A stretch of DNA of 52,044 nucleotides from an uncultured Gaiellales bacterium (GTDB lineage Bacteria; Actinomycetota; Thermoleophilia; Gaiellales; Gaiellaceae). This document shows, one piece after another, positions 8,538 to 16,685 of the stretch. Where the stretch lies: the NCBI GenBank assembly GCA_964569165.1, contig CAZMUG010000002.1, positions 1-52,044 on the forward strand, read 5' to 3'. The notes under the pieces were generated by a model, which saw only the letters and a program-made list of their open reading frames with translations, was not told where the DNA came from and searched no databases. Position numbers and translations under genes: made by a program. Numbering within the stretch: the stretch's first letter is position 1; every line of letters begins with the position of its first letter.

Positions 8538-8549
8538 GGCGGAAGACTA

Positions 8550-8591
8550 GGGGTCAGGTCTTGATCCGTGCACGGATCAGGACCTGACCCC
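8550..8591. repeat. Near-perfect palindrome (21-bp arms, one T.G mismatch): GGGGTCAGGTCTTGATCCGTG/CACGGATCAGGACCTGACCCC
   Basis: Read directly from the sequence. It lies in the 68-nt gap between the qcrC stop (8606) and the ubiX start (8537). It shares GGGGTCAGGTCTTG ends with the palindrome at 3881-3934. Confidence 0.85.
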
Positions 8592-8605
8592 GACCGAGAC
8601 CCGAC

Positions 8606-9427
8606 CTACTCCGAGCCCTGCGGCCCCTTGGAAGCCGCCAGGAACTCGCCCAGGGCGGCCAGGTTCTCCTCGCCGAGGTACGAGTAGGAGCCCATCACGG
8701 TGTTGCCGAACGCAGCCGGGTTGGTCAGGTACTGGACGAAGTACGCAGCGTCGTTCGTCGCCCCGACCGCAGAGAGATCGGGCGCCCCCAGGTTGCCCGA
8801 GCCCTGGCCCAGGTACGTATGGCAGTTGAGGCAACCGGACTCGGCGAACAGCTTGGCGCCGTCCACCGCGACCTGGTTGTTCTCGAAGCCCTGCTCCACC
8901 GACCACTCGGGGACGAGCGCCACGAGCTCGGAGCCGAGCGCCTCCTTCGCGGTCGCGCCCTTCCAGGTCAGGACCGCCATCGAGATCATCGCCAGGACGG
9001 CCGCCACCATGGCCACCGGCCGGCGCAGCGGGCGCCGCTCGCGGCGCCGGTCGTAGAACGGCAGCCCGATGAGCAGGATGAGGCAGATCGTCGGGATGCC
9101 GACGGTCGCGATGAAGACCGTCTCCGGCCACTTGAAGATCCGGAGCAGGTAGAAGAGGAAGTAGAAGTACCAGTCCGGGCGGGGGATGAAGTCGGTCGTG
9201 CCGGGCTCCGCCGGAGCCGTGTACCAGGGCCCGAGGATCCCCGCCTCCACCCCGTCCGCGGTGTAGTACCAGACCGCCGCCAGGGCCACGATCACGGACA
9301 CGACGACGAGCGACATGACCGTGTCGTGGAAGATCGCGTACGGGAAGAACGGCTTTCCCTCCTTCTTGACGTCGTCCTTGTACCGCGCGAAGTCCTCGCG
9401 GTTCAGCTCGCCGAGATCGCGCGCCAT
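8606..9427 (-). CDS. qcrC: Menaquinol-cytochrome c reductase cytochrome b/c subunit (subunit-IV-like membrane domain fused to a c-type cytochrome domain)
   Basis: The N-terminal part resembles the C-terminal third of cytochrome b (PRPDWYFYFLFYLLRIF). The C-terminal domain carries a CLNCH haem-c motif. Its ATG overlaps the qcrB stop. Confidence 0.85.
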   Translation of the reverse strand: MARDLGELNREDFARYKDDVKKEGKPFFPYAIFHDTVMSLVVVSVIVALAAVWYYTADGVEAGILGPWYTAPAEPGTTDFIPRPDWYFYFLFYLLRIFKWPETVFIATVGIPTICLILLIGLPFYDRRRERRPLRRPVAMVAAVLAMISMAVLTWKGATAKEALGSELVALVPEWSVEQGFENNQVAVDGAKLFAESGCLNCHTYLGQGSGNLGAPDLSAVGATNDAAYFVQYLTNPAAFGNTVMGSYSYLGEENLAALGEFLAASKGPQGSE

Positions 9428-10227
9428 CAGTCGCCGCCCCCGCTCCGGACGAGCCCGGTCTTCGTCCCCGTCGGTGTCGCAGCCGCCCGCTCACGCCCGG
9501 CGGCCTCGGAGGACCACGGGGGCGAGCTGATGCCGAGCCGGGTGACGAGGTAGATGTGGACGCCGATCAGCGCGATGAGCGCGCCCGGGATCAGGAGCAT
9601 GTGCATGGCGTAGAACTTCGCGAGCGTCTCGGTGCCGATCTCGGGACCGCCCGCGAGGAACTGCGCCAGCCAGGGCCCGAGGAAGGGAGCCGTGCCGTTC
9701 AGGTTGATGCCCACCGCCGACGCCCAGTACGCCGTCTGGTCCCAGGGGAGCAGGTAGCCCGTGAACCCCATCAGCATCCCGGTCGCGAGGATCAGCACGC
9801 CCGTGATCCACGTGAGCTCGCGCGGGTACTTGTACGCGCCGAACAGGAACACGCGGCCCATGTGCAGGAAGAGCAGGATGATGAACACGCTGGCGCCCCA
9901 GCGATGCATTCCCCGGACGAGCCAGCCCAGCGTCAGCTCGTTCGTGATCGCCTCGATCGACGAGTAGGCGACCGGCTTGCCCGTCTCCGGGTTGATGGCC
10001 GCGGACGGCTCGTAGTACATGGCGAGGATCACGCCGGTGAGCGCCTGCACGATGAACGCCGTGAGCGCGGCCGAGCCCAGGGTCTGCATCCACGTGGAGT
10101 CCCTCGGGACGTTCCGGAAGAGGAACCACTTCGTTCCCCGGACGGCGCCGGTGCGCTCGTCCACCCAGTCCAGGGGCGTCAGGACCGCCTGCTGCACGAG
10201 CGACTGCCGCTGTGACTTCGGGGCCAC
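9427..10227 (-). CDS. qcrB: Cytochrome b6-type subunit of the bc complex
   Basis: Motifs LTGVILAMYY, WLVRGMHRWGASVFIILLFLHMGRVF, GYLLPWDQTAYWA and FYAMHMLLIP. Confidence 0.9.
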   Translation of the reverse strand: MAPKSQRQSLVQQAVLTPLDWVDERTGAVRGTKWFLFRNVPRDSTWMQTLGSAALTAFIVQALTGVILAMYYEPSAAINPETGKPVAYSSIEAITNELTLGWLVRGMHRWGASVFIILLFLHMGRVFLFGAYKYPRELTWITGVLILATGMLMGFTGYLLPWDQTAYWASAVGINLNGTAPFLGPWLAQFLAGGPEIGTETLAKFYAMHMLLIPGALIALIGVHIYLVTRLGISSPPWSSEAAGRERAAATPTGTKTGLVRSGGGD

Positions 10228-11148
10228 CTAGCTCGTCACCTGGCTCGGGACGATGGGATAGAGCCAGGCCTCCGCGCCGTCCACGTGCACGCCCGGCACG
10301 GCCCACGGGTAGGCCGAGATCGTGGCGCTCGCGCCGGTGCCGCTGACGCTCCCGACCGCGTAGTGCTCGTTCAGGATCAGCCGGCCGTCCTTGATCGAGA
10401 AGGTGTACCGGTCGAGCGAGCGCACCGGCGGGCCCGCCTGCCGGTTCCCCTCGGCGTCGTAGAGGCCGCCGTGGCACGGGCACCCGAACGACTGCGCGAG
10501 GACGGGCCGGAGCTCGACGCCGTCGATCTCCTTCTTCGCGGCCTCGTCGATCGGCCCGTTGGGCTGCACCGGGCAGCCGAGGTGGACGCATCGGCTGTAG
10601 AGGATCGTGAAGCTCACCTCTCCTCCGTCGGTGAACCCGTTGTTGCGGACGAACGCCGTCCGCCTGCTGACCTCGCCCGCCTTCGGGTCGGACAGGTAGC
10701 TCGCGATGACGTACGTCCCCACCGGGAAGTTCTCCAGCGGGCCGAGATCGACGTCGTTCTCCTCGACGTTGGTGAACGACGGGAGGACCGTGAACCCGAG
10801 GACGGGAATCGTCACGATCGCTCCGATCGCCGCGCCCACCCCGATGCTCGAGGCCTCGAGGAACCTCGAGCGGGTGTAGGCGGGAAGCGGCTCGGTGCTG
10901 GCGGCGCGCGCGACGGAAGGGGTTGCCGCCCGGGCCTCCGGCTCGATCTCCGGCACGTCGCCGCGCACGTCCCGCGAGACGTCGCGCGCCCAGAGCAGCC
11001 CGAAGACGACCGCGAGAACGAGCCCGATCGCCCCGACGAGCATGCTCTCGAGCACGAGGCCGAGCAGCAGGCAGGCGACCCCGATCGCGAACGCGATCGG
11101 CCAGAGGCTGGGCCCGGGAACGTGCGTGTGGTTGCCTGAGTCGCTCAC
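10228..11148 (-). CDS. qcrA: Rieske 2Fe-2S subunit of the bc complex with three N-terminal TM helices
   Basis: The Rieske boxes CVHLGC and CPCHGG are present, and three hydrophobic N-terminal segments are seen. The gene lies directly upstream of qcrB. Confidence 0.9.
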   Translation of the reverse strand: MSDSGNHTHVPGPSLWPIAFAIGVACLLLGLVLESMLVGAIGLVLAVVFGLLWARDVSRDVRGDVPEIEPEARAATPSVARAASTEPLPAYTRSRFLEASSIGVGAAIGAIVTIPVLGFTVLPSFTNVEENDVDLGPLENFPVGTYVIASYLSDPKAGEVSRRTAFVRNNGFTDGGEVSFTILYSRCVHLGCPVQPNGPIDEAAKKEIDGVELRPVLAQSFGCPCHGGLYDAEGNRQAGPPVRSLDRYTFSIKDGRLILNEHYAVGSVSGTGASATISAYPWAVPGVHVDGAEAWLYPIVPSQVTS

Positions 11149-11164
11149 GTCGCGCTTGCGGGAT

Positions 11165-11191
11165 TCAATAACCAGCCCTGCCGGGTGTCAA
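11165..11191 (-). promoter_or_regulatory. Possible promoter of qcrABC (TTGACA, 15-nt spacer, TATTGA)
   Basis: On the minus strand TTGACA is the complement of 11186-11191 and TATTGA is the complement of 11165-11170. This is an isolated AT-rich patch 16 nt upstream of the qcrA GTG. The spacer is shorter than ideal. Confidence 0.25.
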
Positions 11192-11244
11192 CGACGTGCG
11201 GACCGTCGCGACCGGGGGATTCTGCACGTTGCGGCAGACGGGCG

Positions 11245-12696
11245 TCAGGAGAGCGCGTCGAGCCCGTACTCGGCCCACCGGCCGGACACGAGGTCGCGGA
11301 TCTCGTCGGACATGACGATCTCCTCGGGCCACGGCCGCGCGTCCTCCTCCGGGAGCTTGTGCGTCGCGTCGATGCCGAGCTTGCCGCCGACGAACTGCCG
11401 TCCCGGCGCATGGTCGAGGTGGTCGAGCGGGCCCTCGGTGATCAGGACGTCGCGCTTCGGGTCGACGTTCGCGCACACGCGGAAGAAGACGTCCTCGTAG
11501 TCGTGCACGTCCACGTGCCCGTCCACGACCACGATCGCCTTCGAGAGCGAGAGCATCCCGAGCCCCCAGAGCGCGTGCATGACCTTCTGCGCGTGCCCGG
11601 GGAACGCCTTGCGGATCGAGACGATGACGCAGTTGTGGAACGCGCCCGCGACCGGGAGGTCGTAGTCCACGATCTCCGGCAGGGTCATGCGCACGGCCGG
11701 AAGGAAGATGCGCTCCGTGGCCTTCCCCAACCACGCGTCCTCCGCCGGGGGCTTGCCGACGACGATGGACGGATAGATCGCGTCGCGACGCATGGTCATC
11801 GCGCTCAGGCGGAAGATCGGGAACGGCTCCGCGTGCGAGTAGTAGCCCGTGTGGTCGCCGAACGGGCCCTCGATCGCCACGTCGTCCTTCGCCACCCAGC
11901 CCTCGAGCACGATCTCGGCGTTCGCGGGCACCTCGAGCGGGACGGTCTTGCAGCGCACGAGCTCCACGGGCTCGCCCCGGAGGAAGCCGGCGAGCATCAA
12001 CTCGTCGATGTGCTTCGGGAGCGGCGCGCTGGCCGAGTACGCGGTAACCGGGTCGAGCCCGATCGCGACGGCGACGGGTATGCGGCCGTCCTCGGCCGCG
12101 AGCAGGTCGGCGCGGCCGTCCTTGTGCAGCTGCCAGTGCATGAACGTCGAGCTCCGGTCGATCACCTGCATGCGGTACATGCCGACGTTGCGCGTGCCCG
12201 TCTTCGGGTCGGCGGTGATGACGGCGGGGAGCGTGATGAACGGCGCCGGGTCGCCGGGCCAGCAGCGCTGCACCGGGAGCAGCGAGAGGTCGACCTCGTC
12301 GCCGGTGAGGACGACCTCCTGACAGGGGCCTTTCGAGACGACCTTCGGCCGCGAGTCGGCGATCGACTTGAGCTTGAGAAGCCCCTTGACCTTGTCGCGC
12401 AGGCCTTCGGGCGGCTGCAGCTCGAGCACGTCGCCGACCTTGGCCGCGACGTCGTCGAGCCTCTCGACGCCGAACGCCATGCACATCCGCTTCTCGGTCC
12501 CGAACTGGTTGATCAGGAGCGGGCGCTCGGACCCCTTCGGGCTCTCGAAGAGGAGCGCCGGCCCGCCCGACTTGACGACGCGGTCCACGATCTCCGTGAT
12601 CTCGAGGTCGGGGTCGACCTCCGCGGCGATGCGGCGCAGCTCCCCCTCGCGCTCGAGGAGCGCGATCCACTCGCGGAGGTCTCGGGGCGGCCGCAT
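11245..12696 (-). CDS. UbiD-family (prenylated-FMN dependent) decarboxylase, menaquinone-biosynthesis type
   Basis: 483-aa ORF with NVGMYRMQV, MHWQLHKDG, GPFGDHTGYYS and GKLGIDAT motifs. A ubiX partner is present in the same cluster. Confidence 0.9.
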   Translation of the reverse strand: MRPPRDLREWIALLEREGELRRIAAEVDPDLEITEIVDRVVKSGGPALLFESPKGSERPLLINQFGTEKRMCMAFGVERLDDVAAKVGDVLELQPPEGLRDKVKGLLKLKSIADSRPKVVSKGPCQEVVLTGDEVDLSLLPVQRCWPGDPAPFITLPAVITADPKTGTRNVGMYRMQVIDRSSTFMHWQLHKDGRADLLAAEDGRIPVAVAIGLDPVTAYSASAPLPKHIDELMLAGFLRGEPVELVRCKTVPLEVPANAEIVLEGWVAKDDVAIEGPFGDHTGYYSHAEPFPIFRLSAMTMRRDAIYPSIVVGKPPAEDAWLGKATERIFLPAVRMTLPEIVDYDLPVAGAFHNCVIVSIRKAFPGHAQKVMHALWGLGMLSLSKAIVVVDGHVDVHDYEDVFFRVCANVDPKRDVLITEGPLDHLDHAPGRQFVGGKLGIDATHKLPEEDARPWPEEIVMSDEIRDLVSGRWAEYGLDALS

Positions 12697-12722
12697 GGCC
12701 GCGTCAGTCTAGGGGCAGCCCG

Positions 12723-13083
12723 TCAGGCGGCCATGCGCATGAGCAGGGCGGGAACGGGGACGAGCCTCCGCCCCACCGGATCGGGCGCCAGCCGGAGCGC
12801 CTCCAGGGTGAAGGCTCCGAGCAGGGCAGCGTCCCCGAAGACGACGAGCGAGCGCTCCTCCAGGTCGTCGACGCGGATCGTCGCCCCAACCGATCTCGAG
12901 CTCGATCTCGCTGCCGTCGGCAATCACGAAGGGTGCCCGCGTGTGCGGAACCACACCGAGTCCCTCGAGGAAGGCCCTCGGCAGGACCGTGTACGTGGCG
13001 CCGGTGTCGACGAGCACCTCGACCGGCTCGAGCCGCTCGCTCCCGGACCTGCCAACCTCGATCACCACGCGGAAGGTGCCCAC
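12723..13083 (-). pseudogene. Retropepsin-like (clan AA) aspartyl protease, interrupted by a 1-nt frameshift
   Basis: Frame 1 reads MGTFRVVIEVG...VEVLVDTGATYTVLP...ADGSEIELEIGW. The family-typical continuation ATIRVDDLEERSLVVFGDAALLGAFTLEALRLAPDPVGRRLVPVPALLM is in another frame (ORF 12723..12923). The switch lies in the G-run at about 12883-12887. Confidence 0.6.
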
Positions 13084-13167
13084 GCGTTGCTTATACCGGC
13101 CGCGAGCTCGCGACGGAAGTGTCCGCTCCGGCCAGTCCAGCGGCGCGGGACGGACGGCGGCCGTGCC

Positions 13168-13320
13168 CTAGTGGCGCTTGCGCAGGCGGTGGATCAGATC
13201 CCCGCCGACGGCGACCGCGACGAAGATCAGCCCGACCACGAGCATCGAGAGGATGATGTCGCGGCCTTCCTCGGCCGCGGTCTTCCCGGAGGCGAGGAGC
13301 TCGATCAGCGCGGCGATCAT
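13168..13320 (-). CDS. Possible 50-aa single-TM small protein (below the ORF-track size cutoff)
   Basis: ATG is the complement of 13318-13320 and TAG is the complement of 13168-13170. The translation is MIAALIELLASGKTAAEEGRDIILSMLVVGLIFVAVAVGGDLIHRLRKRH. It has strong GC3 bias and sits 11 nt downstream of the preceding gene's stop. Confidence 0.35.
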   Translation of the reverse strand: MIAALIELLASGKTAAEEGRDIILSMLVVGLIFVAVAVGGDLIHRLRKRH

Positions 13321-13331
13321 CGCGCGCGACT

Positions 13332-13847
13332 CTACAAGACGAGCCGGGCGTGTGCAGCCAGGGCGCCGTCCACGGCGTCGCTCCCGGCTGCGGTGCGAGC
13401 AGCGGCCTCGAGCTCCCGCGCGTCGCCGCTCACGCGCAGGGCGTCCCGTGCCTCCTCGAGCAGGCCGCGCCCGAGGAGCGCGGCAGTGGCGGCCCAGGCG
13501 GCGCCGTCGCCGTCCCGGCCGTCCGCGCGGGCCTGGCCGCAGAGCGAGATCAGCTCCGCGAGGTCGGCCACCGCGGCGACGTCGCCGGACTCGGCCACTC
13601 GAACGAGGCCCTGCGCGTACAGGTAGTCACCGAGGAGGAGGGCCGTGTCGTCGTCCCCCGGCGCGAAGAGGCGCGAGCGCCCGTAGTGGACGAGGTAGCC
13701 CTCGTAGATCGTCTCGATCGCGAGCGCATGCCCCGGCGGGGCGAGCACCGAGAACACCGGCTCGGGCGAGCGCTCGGCCTCGGGTCGCAGCGCGTCCGCC
13801 CACAACGGGCTCTCGGCGGACGCCGCGGCGGCGATCTCCTCCCACAC
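13332..13847 (-). CDS. Hypothetical helical protein (171 aa)
   Basis: This is the C-terminal part of ORF 13332..14027. GTG is the complement of 13845-13847, 10 nt after the AI-2E stop. The segment IETIYEGYLVHYGRSRLF...ALLLGDYLYAQGLVRVA is faintly reminiscent of polyprenyl-synthase helices. No family is assigned. Confidence 0.5.
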   Translation of the reverse strand: MWEEIAAAASAESPLWADALRPEAERSPEPVFSVLAPPGHALAIETIYEGYLVHYGRSRLFAPGDDDTALLLGDYLYAQGLVRVAESGDVAAVADLAELISLCGQARADGRDGDGAAWAATAALLGRGLLEEARDALRVSGDARELEAAARTAAGSDAVDGALAAHARLVL

Positions 13848-13857
13848 GCGCGGGAGC

Positions 13858-15057
13858 CTAGCCCGACCCGCTCGCGGCCCTCGGCGGCTCGATCCGCGGA
13901 GGCTCGAGCTCGACCTCGACGGGCACGTCCGGCGAGCCCTCGTCCCAGGGCTCCAGGCGCACGCGCGTGCGGAAGAACTCCCAGATGGCGCGCATCCCGG
14001 CCATGGTCGGGAGCGCGACCAGCACACCCGCGATCCCGTACAGCTCGCCGCCGGCGAGCAGGCCGAAGATGACGAGCAGCGGATGGAGCCGCAGCGCGTT
14101 CGCCATCACGTTCGGGACGACGACGTGGCCTTCCACCTGGTAGATGAAGAGGAACAGGAGCCCGACCCAAACGAGCCCCCACGGCGGGTCGACGACGAGC
14201 GCATAGATCGCCGGCGGGACCGCCGAGAGCCACGGGCCGATGTACGGGATGACCTCGATGAACGCCGTCCAGAGGCCGAAGAGCAGGGCGTACTCCTCAG
14301 CCCCCTTGACGAGCCCCGTCACGCCGAGGACGTACATCCCCACCCCGGCGCTCGTCCCGATGACGGTGGACAGGATAGCCTGCCCCTTGAGGTAGCCCCA
14401 GAGCGCGCCCTCGATCTGCTGCGTGAGCGGCGGCCCCCCGTGCGGGGGGAAGCGGGAGTCGATCGAGCGCTCGAGGCGCGCCATGTCCAGGAGCATGTAG
14501 ATGGAGATCACGACGACGAGGATCGCGGAGAAGAAGAGGACGAAGACCGAGAACGCGGCTCCTCGCGCGAGCGAGAGCCCGTCCTGGACGTAGCCCGAGA
14601 TCTCGCCTGCGCTCAACGAGCCGATCCACTCGTTCACCTGCTCCCGGATCTGGAGCTGCTCGAGGCCGTGGTCGTCGAGCCAGGCCTGGAGCTCGTCGAT
14701 GTCGAGCTCCGCGGCCGTCTGCCCCGAGAGCGTCTCCTCGGTGACGTACGAGTCGACCCGGTCTGCCGCGTTCCGCGCCTGGTCGTACGCGACGAACCCG
14801 ATCGCGACGAGGATCGCGCACGCGACTGCGACGAACAGCGCGTAGACCATGAACACCGAGAGGACGCGTGGGACCTTCAGCCGCGTCACGTCCCGAACGA
14901 GCGGGTTGAGCGTGAACGCGATCACGCTCGCGGTGAGGAAGAGGAAGAGGACGTGGCCGAGCGTCCTGGCGAGGAGGAACGCGAGGACGAGGACGACCGG
15001 CAGGATCACGAGCTGGATCCACCTCGGGATCTGGATCGTCGGGCCGGAGCCGGCCAT
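13858..15057 (-). CDS. AI-2E family transporter (PerM/UPF0118)
   Basis: Multi-TM protein with FIEVIPYIGPWLSAVPPAIYAL and IYQVEGHVVVPNVM motifs. The ORF extends to 15144. The ATG at 15057 is preferred because 15144 would overlap the divergent gene. Confidence 0.85.
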   Translation of the reverse strand: MAGSGPTIQIPRWIQLVILPVVLVLAFLLARTLGHVLFLFLTASVIAFTLNPLVRDVTRLKVPRVLSVFMVYALFVAVACAILVAIGFVAYDQARNAADRVDSYVTEETLSGQTAAELDIDELQAWLDDHGLEQLQIREQVNEWIGSLSAGEISGYVQDGLSLARGAAFSVFVLFFSAILVVVISIYMLLDMARLERSIDSRFPPHGGPPLTQQIEGALWGYLKGQAILSTVIGTSAGVGMYVLGVTGLVKGAEEYALLFGLWTAFIEVIPYIGPWLSAVPPAIYALVVDPPWGLVWVGLLFLFIYQVEGHVVVPNVMANALRLHPLLVIFGLLAGGELYGIAGVLVALPTMAGMRAIWEFFRTRVRLEPWDEGSPDVPVEVELEPPRIEPPRAASGSG

Positions 15058-15125
15058 GGGCTGGATCGTACAGCCGACCCTGGCGGCCCCTGGCCCGGCC
15101 GAGGCCCTGCTACGGTCCGCCGAGG

Positions 15126-15890
15126 ATGGCGACACCTCGCTCACGGCATGCAGCGCGGCTGCGTGCGAGCCGGCGCCGGAAGCAGGCGCGCGCGCGCCGA
15201 CTGGCGGTGCTGCTCGTCGTCGCAGCGCTCGCGGTGGTCACGCTCTCCGTCACGGCGTTCGACGACGACGGCGGCACGTCGCCCGCGGCGTCGGGCCCGG
15301 CGCCCCTGCCCGTGACCTCCGCTCCGCCCGAACCGAACATTCTCGCGACGGTCGGCAACCTCCGCGTGCACTCCCCGGTCGCCCAGGGCGGAGTCACCGC
15401 CGTCGGCTTCCACGGGAGCGAGAGCGGGGCGCTGGTGCTCCAGCCCGTCGGCCCACAGGCGAACGAGGGCCTGCTCGCCCGGCTGTGGCGGCGCATCACG
15501 GGCTCGTCCCGGGCGGGCTATCGCTGGTACCAGCTCGCCCGCGGCCCTCTCCGCACGCTCGACGTCGGCGCGGTCGCCGGGACGGATGTCTACTCGCCGA
15601 TCGACGGCACCGTCGTCGCCGTTCGTGACCAGGTCATCTCGGGGCGAGTCATCGGCTCGGAGATCGAGCTCCGTCCCACCTCGGCTCCGTCGCTGGTCGT
15701 GTCGATCCAGAACGTCCGCCGGGACCCTGCGCTCACGGTCGGCGCCAATGTCGCGGCCGGCTCGTCCAAGCTCGGAACGGCGGCCGAGATCAGCCGCTGG
15801 GAGCGCCAGGCGCTCGCCGACTACGCCCCGGGCGGCGGGAACAACGTCTCGATTCGGGTCTTCCCGTCCGCGACGCTGGGCGTGCCGTAG
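15126..15890 (+). CDS. Membrane-anchored hypothetical protein with LytM/M23-like barrel segment
   Basis: A basic N-terminus and a TM segment (LAVLLVVAALAVVTL) are followed by a DVYSPIDGTVVAVRD segment resembling the M23/LytM hybrid motif. Catalytic His motifs are not evident. Confidence 0.6.
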   Translation: MATPRSRHAARLRASRRRKQARARRLAVLLVVAALAVVTLSVTAFDDDGGTSPAASGPAPLPVTSAPPEPNILATVGNLRVHSPVAQGGVTAVGFHGSESGALVLQPVGPQANEGLLARLWRRITGSSRAGYRWYQLARGPLRTLDVGAVAGTDVYSPIDGTVVAVRDQVISGRVIGSEIELRPTSAPSLVVSIQNVRRDPALTVGANVAAGSSKLGTAAEISRWERQALADYAPGGGNNVSIRVFPSATLGVP

Positions 15891-15902
15891 TCTCTCCGCG
15901 CC

Positions 15903-16685
15903 TTGCGCATCCTCTTCATCGCCGACGTCGTGGGAAGCCCCGGCCGGAAGGCGCTCGAGTCCCGCCTTCAGGGGCTACGGGCAGAGCTCGAGGCGGACGC
16001 CTGTGTCGTGAACGGCGAGAACGCCGCGGACGGGGTCGGGATCACGCCGCGCCTCGCCGAGCAGCTGCACGGCTACGGCGCGGACGTCATCACGCTCGGG
16101 AATCACGCCTTTCGACGGATGGAGATCGCGCCGTACCTCGAGGACTCGAAGCGCATCGTCCGGCCCGCGAACCTCCCGCGCGGGACGCCCGGCACGGGCC
16201 TCGCGATCGTCGAGGTCGGGAACGGCCGAAAGCTGGCGGTCATCAACGTCCTCGGCTCGCTCTTCCTGCACCCGGCGACCGGCATGTTCGAGATCGTGGA
16301 CGACCTCGTCGACGCGGCGCGCGCCGAGACCCCACTCGTCCTCGTCGACGTCCACGCCGAGGCCACGAGCGAGAAGGTCGCGCTCGCACGCTGGCTCGAC
16401 GGGAAGGTGACCGCGGTCGTGGGAACCCACACGCACGTCCAGACGTCGGACGCCGGGGTCCTCCCCCGCGGCACCGCCTTCATCACGGACGCGGGGATGA
16501 CGGGGCCGCACGACTCGGTGATCGGGGTGGAGGCCGATCTCGCGATCCGCAGGATGCGCACGGGGCTCCCGGTGCGCTTCTCGACGGCTCAGGGCGGTGT
16601 TCGCATCGAGGGCGCGCTCGTCGAGTGCGATCCGGGCTCGGGCCGGGCGCTCGGGATCGAGGCCGTCCGCGTCTCGCTCGACTGA
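15903..16685 (+). CDS. YmdB-like metallophosphoesterase (TIGR00282 family)
   Basis: TTG start. Motifs are MRILFIADVVGSPGR, VVNGENAADG, ITLGNH, VDVHAEATSEK, VVGTHTHVQTSD and ITDAGMTGP. Confidence 0.85.
   Translation: MRILFIADVVGSPGRKALESRLQGLRAELEADACVVNGENAADGVGITPRLAEQLHGYGADVITLGNHAFRRMEIAPYLEDSKRIVRPANLPRGTPGTGLAIVEVGNGRKLAVINVLGSLFLHPATGMFEIVDDLVDAARAETPLVLVDVHAEATSEKVALARWLDGKVTAVVGTHTHVQTSDAGVLPRGTAFITDAGMTGPHDSVIGVEADLAIRRMRTGLPVRFSTAQGGVRIEGALVECDPGSGRALGIEAVRVSLD

Noticed and set aside
10228-11148. The N-terminal HVPGPSLWP...two-TM segment of the Rieske protein looked like a fused oxidase small-subunit motif
   Set aside because: Three N-terminal TM helices are normal for actinobacterial-type QcrA proteins. 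I cannot substantiate the resemblance without a database search.
11185-13626. 813-aa plus-strand ORF. Similar giant ORFs occur at 37208..40051 (+), 27293..29353 (-), 46324..48762 (-), 31025..32965 (+) and 34298..36013 (-).
   Set aside because: All run antisense to genes with strong family motifs (UbiD, XDH large subunit, AidB-like, deaminases, crotonases, PepD). They have Arg/Pro/Gly/Asp-dominated low-complexity translations. Long stop-free antisense frames are expected at this GC content.
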